Part shown: positions 29,189-38,657 of the stretch, in pieces
How positions within the stretch are numbered: the first letter of the stretch is position 1
Layout: every line of letters begins with the position of its first letter
NCBI GenBank assembly: GCA_963795855.1
Contig: CAWCIZ010000006.1
Coordinates: forward strand, 90,877 to 154,876
Direction: 5' to 3'
Source: Vulcanimicrobiota bacterium
GTDB taxonomy: Bacteria; Vulcanimicrobiota; Vulcanimicrobiia; Vulcanimicrobiales; Vulcanimicrobiaceae
Length of the DNA stretch: 64,000 nucleotides
Notes under the pieces: model-generated
What the model was told of the DNA's origin: nothing
Databases searched by the model: none
What the model saw: only the letters and a program-made list of their open reading frames with translations
Translations under genes and position numbers: made by a program

Positions 29189-29704
29189 TTATACCTTCAC
29201 CTGCTGCCAGGCACGTTGGGCGGCCGGCGGCAGGTGATCCATGCTCTTCAAGAAGAGCGTCACCTGCCAAATCTGCGTATCGGAGAGCGTTTTACCGAAC
29301 GCGGGCATTCCCGTCCAACGAATGCCGTGACTCAATTTCCAGAAGGTTACCCCGTCGGGATCGTCTTCGACGCCGTCTTTCGCGAGCTGCGGCGGTTTTT
29401 GGTACAAACCTTTCGCGACTTTCGTCGGTTTGCCGGCTGAACTGCCGTGACAGATCGCGCAATTCTGAGCGTACAGCTTCACACCCGCGATGAGGTTTCG
29501 ATCGTTTGCGGGCAGCGGATCGGTTACGCGCGGCGCGCTGCGCCGAAGCGTTGCATGCAGCGACGTCTTCGCGGCCCAAACTTCGAAATGCGGCGGACGT
29601 TCGTCTGCATTGGCCGGCAGTAACCCCGTCCGGATGATCGCGTAACCGGTGACGGCGGTGGCGACTACCGCGATGACGATTCCGACGACGATACCTTTGA
29701 GCAT
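29189..29704 (-). CDS. Membrane-anchored monoheme c-type cytochrome
   Basis: CAICH heme motif, GIRWTGMPAF axial Met. Confidence 0.9.
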   Translation of the reverse strand: MLKGIVVGIVIAVVATAVTGYAIIRTGLLPANADERPPHFEVWAAKTSLHATLRRSAPRVTDPLPANDRNLIAGVKLYAQNCAICHGSSAGKPTKVAKGLYQKPPQLAKDGVEDDPDGVTFWKLSHGIRWTGMPAFGKTLSDTQIWQVTLFLKSMDHLPPAAQRAWQQVKV

Positions 29705-29784
29705 GGACCCTCCAATTGTTTTCAGAGGGTAGAAAACACTGCTTAGGGGCGGCTGGGAAGCATCGCCGAACTCGAAAATCTTTT

Positions 29785-29872
29785 AGGAGAGGGAGGGATT
29801 CGAACCCTCGGAAGATTCATCACCTTCTGCGGTTTTCAAGACCGCTGCATTAAACCGCTCTGCCACCTCTCC
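29785..29872 (-). tRNA. tRNA-Ser (anticodon TGA), long variable arm, CCA not encoded
   Basis: GGAGAGGTGGCAGAGCGGTTTAATGCAGCGGTCTTGAAAACCGC...GGGTTCGAATCCCTCCCTCTCC cloverleaf. Confidence 0.96.
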
Positions 29873-29923
29873 GAACGTTGATTCGATTGGTGGGGAAACG
29901 CACAGGTCCTTCGCGGCGTGCGT

Positions 29924-31240
29924 TTATTCGACGCGAAGCGTCAGGAGCGCGACGTCGTCCTGGTGCTTGCCGCGCACGACGGCTCGCCGCAGCGCCAGCG
30001 CGGGCTGCGCCGCGTTGCGAATCTCCGCGCGCATCAGCGCATCGCGAAGCGCGCTCTCGCCCTCCACGTAGTTGCGATTCCATTCCACCAAGCCATCCGT
30101 GAAATAGACGGCGATTGCGCCGCGCTCGAGCTGAATGCAGCACGTTTCCCGGTTCGCCGGATCGAGGCCGCGCGTCCCCAACGGAAGTCCGCGCTGCGCG
30201 AACGGGTCGACGACCTCGTTCCGGCTGGGAATCCAGATCAGCGGCCCAGGGTGGCCCGCAGCGGCGCCGCTGAGCGTGCGCGTAGCGGGATCGTACGTGC
30301 TCAGGTGTGCGGTCGCGTAACGGCCGTCGGGAAATTCCTCGACGATCAAATAATCCGCGATATCGAGCGCGCGCAGCAGATCGGTTTCACCGTACAGCGA
30401 GGTACGCAGCGCGTCGCGCAGCGTGCCCATGAACGCCGCCGCATCGACGCCGTGCCCGGTAACGTCGCCGATCGATATGCCGATTTGTCCATTCGGCAGG
30501 TTGAATGCATCGTACCAATCGCCGCCGATAAGCATCTCCGCCTCGGCCGGTTCGTAGTATGCATCCAAGGAAAATCCGGGCCTCGACGGAAGCGTGCGCG
30601 GCAGCGACGCAAGCTGCAATCGCGACGCCACTTCCACGGACTGCGAGTACAGTTTCGATTTGGAAATCGCGACGCCGCAGCGGCGGCCGAGATCTTCGGC
30701 AAACATCAGAGCGCGATCGTCATAGCGTTCGGTGCTGGGATAGGTGCGTACGAGCGTAAGCGCGCCGAGAATGCCTTGCACGTGCGAGACGACCGGCACG
30801 ACGATCATCGAGCGGTACTGCAGTTCGCGCATGAATTGCGCGTGCTCGGGTCCCGTGGCGAAGCGCTCTATGGACTCGTCCACCTCCTGCACGAGCAGGG
30901 AGTCACCGGTCTCAACGACGTCGCAGACCGGATGGCGCGGAAAGCCGGAGCAGCTGGAGAGGTGTGTTGCGGCGCGATACAGCCGTTCCGACATCCCGGG
31001 GATGCGATGCGCCGCCGCAACGAGCTCGATGTCGGTGCCGTAGCCCAAATCAAGAAGGCAGATATCCGCTACGGTTTCAACCGCCGCAGCGCAAACGTTA
31101 CGAAGCGTTTCGTGGTAGTCGAGCGAGAGACCGAGAATTTCGCCCGCGCGAACGAGGAAGAACAGGTAGCGCGCCTCCGCGCCCATTGCTTCCTGCTCGC
31201 TGCTGTTTCGGGTCGCCGCCATGCGCAGGGTTGTTCCCAA
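29924..31240 (-). CDS. GAF + SpoIIE/PP2C phosphatase (RsbU-like)
   Basis: IGGDWYD, IGDVTGHG, AGHPGP, FTDGLVE, DDVALL. Confidence 0.92.
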   Translation of the reverse strand: MGTTLRMAATRNSSEQEAMGAEARYLFFLVRAGEILGLSLDYHETLRNVCAAAVETVADICLLDLGYGTDIELVAAAHRIPGMSERLYRAATHLSSCSGFPRHPVCDVVETGDSLLVQEVDESIERFATGPEHAQFMRELQYRSMIVVPVVSHVQGILGALTLVRTYPSTERYDDRALMFAEDLGRRCGVAISKSKLYSQSVEVASRLQLASLPRTLPSRPGFSLDAYYEPAEAEMLIGGDWYDAFNLPNGQIGISIGDVTGHGVDAAAFMGTLRDALRTSLYGETDLLRALDIADYLIVEEFPDGRYATAHLSTYDPATRTLSGAAAGHPGPLIWIPSRNEVVDPFAQRGLPLGTRGLDPANRETCCIQLERGAIAVYFTDGLVEWNRNYVEGESALRDALMRAEIRNAAQPALALRRAVVRGKHQDDVALLTLRVE

Positions 31241-31267
31241 CTAGCGTTGCGAAGTTAACCTCGCTCG

Positions 31268-31417
31268 CTAGGGCTGCGCCGGCGGATCGCTCGCGGGGAA
31301 TGAGTCGGCCACTTCCTTGTCATAGTCGTCGAGCGTTTTGTCGCCTTCGTGCGCCTCGACGGCTTCTTTGTGTACTTCGCGCGTCTCCAGGGGCGGTACA
31401 GGCGTTTGTTTGTCCAT
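31268..31417 (-). CDS. Small acidic protein with SFPASDPP motif
   Basis: MDKQTP...DKEVADSFPASDPPAQP; motif recalled from small hypothetical proteins. Confidence 0.65.
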   Translation of the reverse strand: MDKQTPVPPLETREVHKEAVEAHEGDKTLDDYDKEVADSFPASDPPAQP

Positions 31418-31446
31418 GCGCGGATTGTACCCGAATGCCGCAGGCA

Positions 31447-31906
31447 ATGACCGCGATCCCCACGCCGCTGGGAGTGGCACTGGTCGTCGTCAGCGACGGC
31501 GAACGGCTCGTCAATGCGCATTTCCGCAGGAGTCTCGTTGCCGCGCGCCCTGCGCCGCGCGACCCGATCTTGCGCGAAGCGGTGCGCCAGGCGGGCGCGT
31601 ATTTTCGCAAGCGCCTGACGCGTTTCGACATCCCGCTCAGATTGGACGGGACGCCGTTCCAGAATGCGGTGTGGACGTTCGTCGCGCAGTTGGGGGCCGG
31701 AGAGTCTGATTTCGTACGGCGATCTCGCGCGATTGGTCGGCCGCCCCCGCGCGCACCGCGCGGTCGCGGCGGCAATGCGTATGACGCCGATCGATTTTTT
31801 CATTCCGGCGCATCGCGTGGTGGGATCGGACGGTACGGTGCGCGGTGCGGGCGCGAACGCGATCCGGCGGCGGCTGCTGGCGTTCGAGGGAATTACTTTG
31901 GAATGA
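31447..31906 (+). CDS. O6-alkylguanine alkyltransferase-like (ATL-type) protein, frameshifted near 31705
   Basis: GTPFQNAVW then, in another frame, SYGDLARLVGRPRAHRAVA...IPAHRVV. Confidence 0.8.
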
Positions 31907-32036
31907 CGATGAGCGCTAGCGCCCAACCGCGTTCCGTGCGCATGCGCGCGAGATATCCCTCCGCCGTTTTCCCGTAGATTTGGTAGCCCGCGCTCAACGC
32001 GTCACGGACGGAGTTGAATACCACGATCCCACTCAT
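31893..32036 (-). CDS. Small hypothetical protein (47 aa), below the ORF-track cutoff
   Basis: Manual translation MSGIVVFNSVRDALSAGYQIYGKTAEGYLARMRTERGWALALIVIPK*. Confidence 0.55.
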   Translation of the reverse strand: MSGIVVFNSVRDALSAGYQIYGKTAEGYLARMRTERGWALALIVIPK

Positions 32037-32122
32037 AACGGCGATGCGCTTACCCGTGGGCGCCCTGTGAGTCCCTGCTAAGAGCGGGGATAAATCGCGG
32101 AAAGTTGTTCATACGGTGTGGA

Positions 32123-32842
32123 TTACAAAACGAACTGCCGCAGTTCGAGCAGGATGCCCGCGCCGTTATTTCGATCGGCGCTCTCACCGGACTGCACGTA
32201 ACGCGCGGAAAAATTGATGCTGCGCACGCCGAGCAGCCACTGTGAATTGCCGCGCACGAATCCATATGCCAGCATGCCGTCTTCTTCCGCCGCCACTTCC
32301 GGCTTGTCGACTGCCGGGGACGGGATGCTGTACGTGTAGTGATCGATGCCGGTCAGATGCGGAGCGCCGCCGACGTCGACCTCGACGAATCGCGAAACAC
32401 CGGCCGGCGCGCGATACGTCACTTCGTAGCGCGCTCCCGCCAACCGCGACGCCACGACTTGATCGAGGTTCGGCAGCGGCGTTCGCTGATTGATGACCGT
32501 CATGCCCGCGCCGAGCCACCAGCACGCACGTGCATCCACGGACGCCTGCACCGCGCCGTTCAACAAGCTCAGTTGCGGCGTCGCTTGGCCGTAAAATGCG
32601 GAGGGACTCTGCGGAAGCGAAACGGGCGGTATTCCTTCGGCGTGAAGCGCGAGACGTTTCCCGCGCACGCCGAACTGCAGCAGCGCGCCGCCGGCTATGC
32701 CGCGCTGCTTTCCGGCGATATCCGTATGCGCGCCCGTCAGAAGCAGCGTTTGCAGCCCGACGTACACGTGCTCGGGCGCGTGCGCGCCCATCAGCCCGAC
32801 GCTCATGGCGAGCGCGAAGACCGCGCTACTGTTTCTGCGCAT
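32123..32842 (-). CDS. Hypothetical exported protein, possible small beta-barrel
   Basis: Signal-like N-terminus, amphipathic strands, ends GILLELRQFVL. Confidence 0.6.
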   Translation of the reverse strand: MRRNSSAVFALAMSVGLMGAHAPEHVYVGLQTLLLTGAHTDIAGKQRGIAGGALLQFGVRGKRLALHAEGIPPVSLPQSPSAFYGQATPQLSLLNGAVQASVDARACWWLGAGMTVINQRTPLPNLDQVVASRLAGARYEVTYRAPAGVSRFVEVDVGGAPHLTGIDHYTYSIPSPAVDKPEVAAEEDGMLAYGFVRGNSQWLLGVRSINFSARYVQSGESADRNNGAGILLELRQFVL

Positions 32843-33506
32843 CGAGCACGACGATTCCGCGAGCGTTCCGGTGCTCCAGATCATCGAGCGCCGCCAAAGC
32901 CGCGCCGACTGGGCTGTCCGGCTGCGTCGCCTGCGTTATCGTCATGCCGAACCGCGCCTTCGCTTCGTTGTCGATCGGCGAACGCAGCACTTGCGGAAGC
33001 GCTTTGTACTTTCCAATCATCCCCAGGATCGTGCCGAAACGCTGATTCACGCGCTGCGGATCCATCACGATGACCAGCACGCCGCGCGTCGAGTTTCCGG
33101 TTTTCTTTTTGAAGAGCGCATAGTCGAGGCCGTAGCGCTGCGCTTGTGCGAGCTGATTGGGATTCGACTGATCTTCGGCGGCAACGTAACCGGAGGGCGG
33201 CGACGCGTTCAGCTTTTCGACCCACCCGGAAAGCGCCGCGAACGAAGCGCTGCTCGACGCGATGACTTCGTGACCCGAGTATTTGCCGTTGCCTTCGGCA
33301 AAAACGGAGCCGCCGGACGCGCCGCTTGCCCGCACGTCCTGCGTAAACGATTTTGCGGCGATGAGCGAGGCGCTCGGATACAGCGGAAAATCCAGCGGAT
33401 TGCGGATGGCAGCGGGCGTCGCCGCGTTCTGCGCCGGCCCGCCGCCGCTGCATCCCGCCAGCACGGCGGCAGCGGCAAAACATATCGAAAGTGCGGCGGT
33501 CCTCAT
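32826..33506 (-). CDS. Hypothetical lipoprotein
   Basis: Lipobox VLAG-C after MRTAALSICFAAAA. Confidence 0.7.
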   Translation of the reverse strand: MRTAALSICFAAAAVLAGCSGGGPAQNAATPAAIRNPLDFPLYPSASLIAAKSFTQDVRASGASGGSVFAEGNGKYSGHEVIASSSASFAALSGWVEKLNASPPSGYVAAEDQSNPNQLAQAQRYGLDYALFKKKTGNSTRGVLVIVMDPQRVNQRFGTILGMIGKYKALPQVLRSPIDNEAKARFGMTITQATQPDSPVGAALAALDDLEHRNARGIVVLDAQKQ

Positions 33507-33577
33507 AGGCGTGCGACGTTCGAGGAGAACGCCGCCAAGCCCCGTAAGGCATCTGCATATCCCGAAGGGAACGCACC

Positions 33578-33892
33578 ATGAGTTTTCAGGAATTTTGGCC
33601 GCGGTATTTGGAGGCGCATCGCGATCCGCGGACGCGGTTGATTCACGTTGCGGGAACGCTTGCAGCAACCGCGTTGGTGGCGGCGGCCGCGGTAACGCGC
33701 CGGCCGTGGCTCGCAGCAGCGGGAGTGGCGGCGGGCTACGGGCCGGCCTGGGTCTCGCATGCATTCATCGAGCGCAACCGCCCCGAAACGTTTCGCGCGC
33801 CCATCGCGTCGCTGCGCGCCGATTTTCTGATGGCGTGGCATGTCTTGCGCGGAACCATCGATCAGCAACTTTTCGTCCAACGAGAGGAGTAG
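33578..33892 (+). CDS. DUF962/Mpo1-like membrane protein
   Basis: FQEFWPRYLEAH...IHVAGT...AWVSHAFIERNRPETF. Confidence 0.85.
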   Translation: MSFQEFWPRYLEAHRDPRTRLIHVAGTLAATALVAAAAVTRRPWLAAAGVAAGYGPAWVSHAFIERNRPETFRAPIASLRADFLMAWHVLRGTIDQQLFVQREE

Positions 33893-33900
33893 CATTCGCG

Positions 33901-34311
33901 ATGCCGCTCATTGCCGCAATCGTGTTGGCCGTCGCTTCGGCCGCCCCTAAACCCACTGCGCTGCCGACGCTTGCACCAGCGCTCGTGAAAGTGGTCATGC
34001 CGTCGTTTACCGTCAAGGACACGGCCATCAACGTGAAGGTCAACGAGCCGTTTCAAGTGCGCTTGGAGGTCGCGTCCGGCACGGGATATACGTGGCAGCC
34101 GCAACCGCCGCTCGATCCCGGGATCTCCGTCGTCGGTATGTTTTCGCGGCCGAGCAGCAAGATGATGCCGGGCGGTCCGAGCGAAGAGGTGATCGTGTTC
34201 CGCGCAGCCGACGTCGGCACCGAGCGTCTCGTATTGCAATGCATCCGGCCTTGGGACCATCCCGTAAAGCCCGCCAGAACGGCCGCTTTCACGATCAGCG
34301 TGCACAAGTAA
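33901..34311 (+). CDS. Chagasin/I42 protease inhibitor family protein
   Basis: Signal peptide; GTGYTW, PGG, RPW loops. Confidence 0.8.
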   Translation: MPLIAAIVLAVASAAPKPTALPTLAPALVKVVMPSFTVKDTAINVKVNEPFQVRLEVASGTGYTWQPQPPLDPGISVVGMFSRPSSKMMPGGPSEEVIVFRAADVGTERLVLQCIRPWDHPVKPARTAAFTISVHK

Positions 34312-34314
34312 TTC

Positions 34315-35088
34315 ATGCAGCAGCAGCAACTTTCGTACGGCTCGTACCTGCAGGTGGACGAATTGCTCTCCCTTCAGCAACCGCTCTCGAAACCGGAGCA
34401 TCACGACGAGATGCTCTTCATCATCATTCACCAAGTCTACGAGTTGTGGTTCAAACAGCTGCTGCATGAGACGACTGCCGTTCTCCGCGCGCTGGACCGT
34501 GACGAACTGCTGCAGACGGCAAAGCACTTCCGTCGCATCCACACGATCCAGCGGTTGCTCGAACAGCAAATCGACGTGCTCGAAACGATGACGCCGCAAG
34601 AATTCAATGCCTTTCGCGACAATCTCAACCCAGCGAGCGGTTTTCAATCGATCCAATTCCGAGAGCTCGAGTTCTTATGCGGCGTGCGGCGTACGGAAAC
34701 GCTGAAGCATATTCAGACTTCACCCGCGCAACTCGAGCGGCTGGAACGCCGGCTGCGGGAACCTTCGCTGTACGACAAGGTGAAAGACGCGTTGCGGCGG
34801 CGCGGGTTTTCGGTAGACACGCACGACGAACTGCTCGCCGCTTACAAAACTATCTACGAGAATCCGCAGGCTCAGTACGATCTGTATCTGCTGCTCGAGG
34901 ATCTCATCGAATTCGACGAGCGCTTTCTGCTCTGGCGCGGCCGCCACGTGCGGATGGTCGAGCGTATGATCGGCGCGAAGAAAGGCACGGGCGGATCGCT
35001 CGGCGCCGCATATCTCGCGCAAACGCTCGAGCACCGCTTTTTTCCGGAGCTTTGGGAAGTACGCACGCTGTTGGGGGGCGCATGGTAA
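34315..35088 (+). CDS. kynA: Tryptophan 2,3-dioxygenase
   Basis: HDEMLFIIIHQVYELWFK, ASGFQSIQFRELEF, VERMIGAKKGTGGS. Confidence 0.95.
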   Translation: MQQQQLSYGSYLQVDELLSLQQPLSKPEHHDEMLFIIIHQVYELWFKQLLHETTAVLRALDRDELLQTAKHFRRIHTIQRLLEQQIDVLETMTPQEFNAFRDNLNPASGFQSIQFRELEFLCGVRRTETLKHIQTSPAQLERLERRLREPSLYDKVKDALRRRGFSVDTHDELLAAYKTIYENPQAQYDLYLLLEDLIEFDERFLLWRGRHVRMVERMIGAKKGTGGSLGAAYLAQTLEHRFFPELWEVRTLLGGAW

Positions 35089-36218
35089 TCGAGGCGACGG
35101 CACGCGATCAGTTTCCGATTCTCGCGACCTCGACGTATCTGGTCAGCCATTCGATGGGCGCGGCGCCGATGGGAGCAAAGCGCGCGCTTGACGAGTACTT
35201 TCATCAGTGGGCCGATCGAGGGCCCGAAGCGTGGGAGCAATGGCTGCCCGAAATCGGCGAGATTGCGAACGGCATCGGCCGCATCATCGGTGCGCCGCCC
35301 GGCTCCGTTTTTCTCGGGCCGAACGTTTCCGTGCTGCAGGCGGCGCTCGCATCGTGTTTACGCTTCACGCCGCAACGCAACGAGGTCGTGTACGAGGCGC
35401 TGCAGTTCCCTTCGCTTACCTATGTCTGGACCGAGTGGCAGCGCTATGGCGCGCAGCCGCGTATCGTCCCGTCCGACGACGGCCGCACGGTGGAAACGGA
35501 GCGCATCGTCGATGCGATTACCGAACGCACCGTTATCGCGGTTCTGTCCCATGCGTACTACGTGTCCGGCGCGCTTGCCGACGTGCGCGAAATCCAGCGG
35601 CATTGCCGCAAGACCGGCACGCTGCTGTGCGTGGACGCGTATCAAACGACCGGCGTCTACCCGTACGACGTGGTCGATTGGGATTTGGACATCGTCACGG
35701 GCGGCAGCCACAAATGGCTCTGCGGCGGTCCCGGCTGCGGATGGATTTACGTCAAACCGGATCTGCGCGAGCGATTCGAGCCTGCCGTCACCGGATGGAT
35801 GGCGCACTCGCGACCGTTTTCGTTCGAAGCTGCGCCCATGACGTGGTCGCCGTCGATGTATCGCTGGGGAACCGGTACGCCGACGATTCCGGGATACCTC
35901 GTTGCGCGGCCCGGCCACGATCTCATCCGAGAGGTCGGCGTAAGCGCGATTCGCGAGCACAACGTTCGTTTGACGACGCTGATAGCGCAAACCGCGTTGG
36001 AACGCGGGTTTACCGTCAACACGCCGCTCGATCCCGGCAAGCGCACCGGTTGGATCGGCATCGACTTTCCAGGTTCCGAACGCGTCTATAACGGTCTGGT
36101 CGAACGGCGCGTGTTCGTCGACTATCGGCCGGGCTGCGGGCTTCGCGTCAGCCCGCACTTCTACACGACCGAAGACGAGGTACGCGCGTTCTTCCGTACG
36201 CTGGAGGAGCTGACATAG
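35082..36218 (+). CDS. kynU: Kynureninase-like class V PLP enzyme
   Basis: YLVSHSMG, VDAYQ, GGSHKWLCGGPG, LRVSPHFY; overlaps the kynA stop. Confidence 0.75.
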   Translation: MVIEATARDQFPILATSTYLVSHSMGAAPMGAKRALDEYFHQWADRGPEAWEQWLPEIGEIANGIGRIIGAPPGSVFLGPNVSVLQAALASCLRFTPQRNEVVYEALQFPSLTYVWTEWQRYGAQPRIVPSDDGRTVETERIVDAITERTVIAVLSHAYYVSGALADVREIQRHCRKTGTLLCVDAYQTTGVYPYDVVDWDLDIVTGGSHKWLCGGPGCGWIYVKPDLRERFEPAVTGWMAHSRPFSFEAAPMTWSPSMYRWGTGTPTIPGYLVARPGHDLIREVGVSAIREHNVRLTTLIAQTALERGFTVNTPLDPGKRTGWIGIDFPGSERVYNGLVERRVFVDYRPGCGLRVSPHFYTTEDEVRAFFRTLEELT

Positions 36219-36226
36219 CGTCGTCG

Positions 36227-37567
36227 ATGATCGTCGACCACCGCGATATAGGCGCCGCATTCCGGCGCCTTTCGCTTCCTCTTGCGGTGCAGATGCTCGG
36301 CGATCAACTTTTGGGCATCGCCGATACGATAGCGATCGGAACACTCGGCGCAGTAGCGCTGGCCGGCGCGACGGCTGCAACGACCGTCATGCTCGCGCTC
36401 GCGTTTGCCATCTTCGGTTTTCTCAATGGGCTCGGAATCATCGCAGCGCAGCGGATCGGCGCCCACGACTTGAGCGGCTTTGCTCGCGCCGTGCGCGCTG
36501 CGGCCGTCGTCCCGTTGCTGTGCGCGCTCGTTTGCGCGATAGCGGGGCTGTTCTTTTCGGGCGACGTCGTCGGCGCGATGGTCCGGCATCTCCCCAGTTC
36601 GCACGCAAGCGCGGTGTATCTCACCGTGCGGTGCTTCTCGATGATACCGATGGCCGTTTCCGGAACGCTGATCATCGGCTTGGGCGCGGCCGGCAACCGG
36701 AGTCTCGGGATCATCGTGCTGGCCATCGTGAATCTCGTACATATTCCGCTGCTGCTGATTCTCGCACTCGGCTACCTGACGCATCACCCCTTCGGCATCG
36801 TCGGCGCAGGCGTCTCATCGCTGCTCTCGGAGACAATCGCGGCGGCATACGCCGTCGTCTACGTCTATCGGCGACCGGTGTACCGCATTTTCGAGCGTCT
36901 GACGATCGATCTGCGCTTGTCGCTGGAATGCGCTCGGCTCGGCCTTCCGGAGGCGGTTTTTCTGTTCGCGGTGATCGCACCCGATTCGTTCATCGTCGCA
37001 ATGCTCGCGCCGCTCGGCGCGATCGCAATCTCGGCTTTTCGCGCGCTAAACGTCGTGTCGGATTTGACGTTCGCCGTTCCCAGTCCGATGCAAAGCGCGG
37101 TGCAGACCGTCATAGGCCAGCGGCTGGGCGCGGGCGACGTCGAGGGAGCGCGCTGGTTTTTCGCGCGTTCGCGGGTATTTTCGTTTTGGTTGACGACCAT
37201 CACGGGACTTGCTACGGCTTGCCTCGCATGGCCGCTCGCCTATCTCTTTACGCTGAATGCGGTCGTTGCGAGCGCGGCCGCTATCCCGCTCGCCCTGCAA
37301 ATGGCGACGCTGCCGATCAAAGGGTGGGCAATGGTGTCGATGGCGCCGATTCGCGCGGCGGGCGACACGCGTTTCTCCATGACCGTCGGCATCGTTTCAA
37401 GCGTGCTGGTCATTCCGCTCTCGTTCGTGCTCATCCAGATCGCGCACATAGGCCTCATCGCCGTACCGATCGCTTGGGTGATCGCATGGCTGGCGCGTTT
37501 GGTGCTGACCGTGCTGAAGCTGCGCGACGATTCGTGGACTCGGCGCAGGCTCCTGGTTAGCGGTTGA
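36227..37567 (+). CDS. MATE family efflux transporter
   Basis: About 12 TM helices, ADTIAIGTLGAVALAG, GQRLGAGD, RAAGDT. Confidence 0.88.
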   Translation: MIVDHRDIGAAFRRLSLPLAVQMLGDQLLGIADTIAIGTLGAVALAGATAATTVMLALAFAIFGFLNGLGIIAAQRIGAHDLSGFARAVRAAAVVPLLCALVCAIAGLFFSGDVVGAMVRHLPSSHASAVYLTVRCFSMIPMAVSGTLIIGLGAAGNRSLGIIVLAIVNLVHIPLLLILALGYLTHHPFGIVGAGVSSLLSETIAAAYAVVYVYRRPVYRIFERLTIDLRLSLECARLGLPEAVFLFAVIAPDSFIVAMLAPLGAIAISAFRALNVVSDLTFAVPSPMQSAVQTVIGQRLGAGDVEGARWFFARSRVFSFWLTTITGLATACLAWPLAYLFTLNAVVASAAAIPLALQMATLPIKGWAMVSMAPIRAAGDTRFSMTVGIVSSVLVIPLSFVLIQIAHIGLIAVPIAWVIAWLARLVLTVLKLRDDSWTRRRLLVSG

Positions 37568-38651
37568 CGCGCAGTGAGGATGAAGCGCCTGGTTCGACTG
37601 CCGCTGGACTGCTGAGCATCGTATGCGCGCCTTGAATCGTCACGAGCGGCGCGACGTTGCCGTTCGCGGAACCGCTGAAGCGGTAAACCGCATTCGCGAC
37701 GGAGTCCGTTACCCAGATCCCGCCGGCGCCGTCGACTGCGACACCTGAGGCATTATGAATGCCCGTAGCGGAACCGGCGATTACGGCAGCCGGGGCCGTG
37801 TTGCCGGTAGCGCCTGAGGCGAAGACGTCGATCGCAGTGCCGTCGGCGACGATCGCGTCGCCTTTTGCGTCGACGGCGATCCCGGATGGCTGCGTGAGTG
37901 TCGTAGCCGGCCCGGAAATGATCGTTGGGACGAGATTACCGCCGCTCGCGGCGTTCGCGAAGATTTTCACGGCCGCTCCATCCACGACGTAAAGATTGCC
38001 TGCGTTATCCGTCGTCATCGCGGTCGGCGCGTTCAACGTGGTGTTCGTGCCGAAGATTCGTGCCGTTTGCGATCCGTTATGGTCGTAAACGTCGATCTCC
38101 GCAGTGCTCTTCGACGAAACGAACAGCGCGTACGTCTGCGAAGCGAGCGCGATGCCGTAACTCGCGACGCCGGGATTCGCGTCGGAAAAGGTTTGCGCAG
38201 GCGCGATGTTTCCGCTGCCTTCGTACGACAGCACGGCGTTCCCACCGGCATTCATCACGTCGATGCCGGCGCTGGAAAAGAGCGCCAATGCCGACGGCGC
38301 CGCCAGCCGCGTGGCTGGACCGCCGAGGACCGCCTGCGGGGCTGCGTCACCGGTTGCGGTCGCGGCGAAAATGAGTACGTCGGAGGCGCCCGGATTCGCC
38401 ACGACGATCGGCTGCGTATTCGCGCGCGTACCCGGCGAACTGGAGGACGTCGGCGTGGCGGTCGGATCTTGCGTTGGCGATGCCGTGGGCGCCGGCGTCG
38501 CCGTTGGTGATACGGTATGGCCGGGTTGCGGCGATGGCGAGAACGATGCGATAACCGGCGGCGTACCGCCGCCTCCGCCGCCGCAAGCAGCAACGAGCAG
38601 GGCGCATATTGCCAGCGCACCGGGCGGAAACACGCGCATCACACCCCTCAT
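37557..38651 (-). CDS. Lipoprotein with NHL-like beta-propeller repeats
   Basis: LVAA-C lipobox, Pro/Thr linker, repeats GNxAP...IxGxxTxLxxPxGIAVD. Confidence 0.78.
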   Translation of the reverse strand: MRGVMRVFPPGALAICALLVAACGGGGGGTPPVIASFSPSPQPGHTVSPTATPAPTASPTQDPTATPTSSSSPGTRANTQPIVVANPGASDVLIFAATATGDAAPQAVLGGPATRLAAPSALALFSSAGIDVMNAGGNAVLSYEGSGNIAPAQTFSDANPGVASYGIALASQTYALFVSSKSTAEIDVYDHNGSQTARIFGTNTTLNAPTAMTTDNAGNLYVVDGAAVKIFANAASGGNLVPTIISGPATTLTQPSGIAVDAKGDAIVADGTAIDVFASGATGNTAPAAVIAGSATGIHNASGVAVDGAGGIWVTDSVANAVYRFSGSANGNVAPLVTIQGAHTMLSSPAAVEPGASSSLRVNR

Positions 38652-38657
38652 GCCGCG

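Noticed and set aside
29700..29930. tRNA-Ser as an island integration site
   Set aside because: No integrase, no duplicated tRNA 3' end and no obvious compositional break seen
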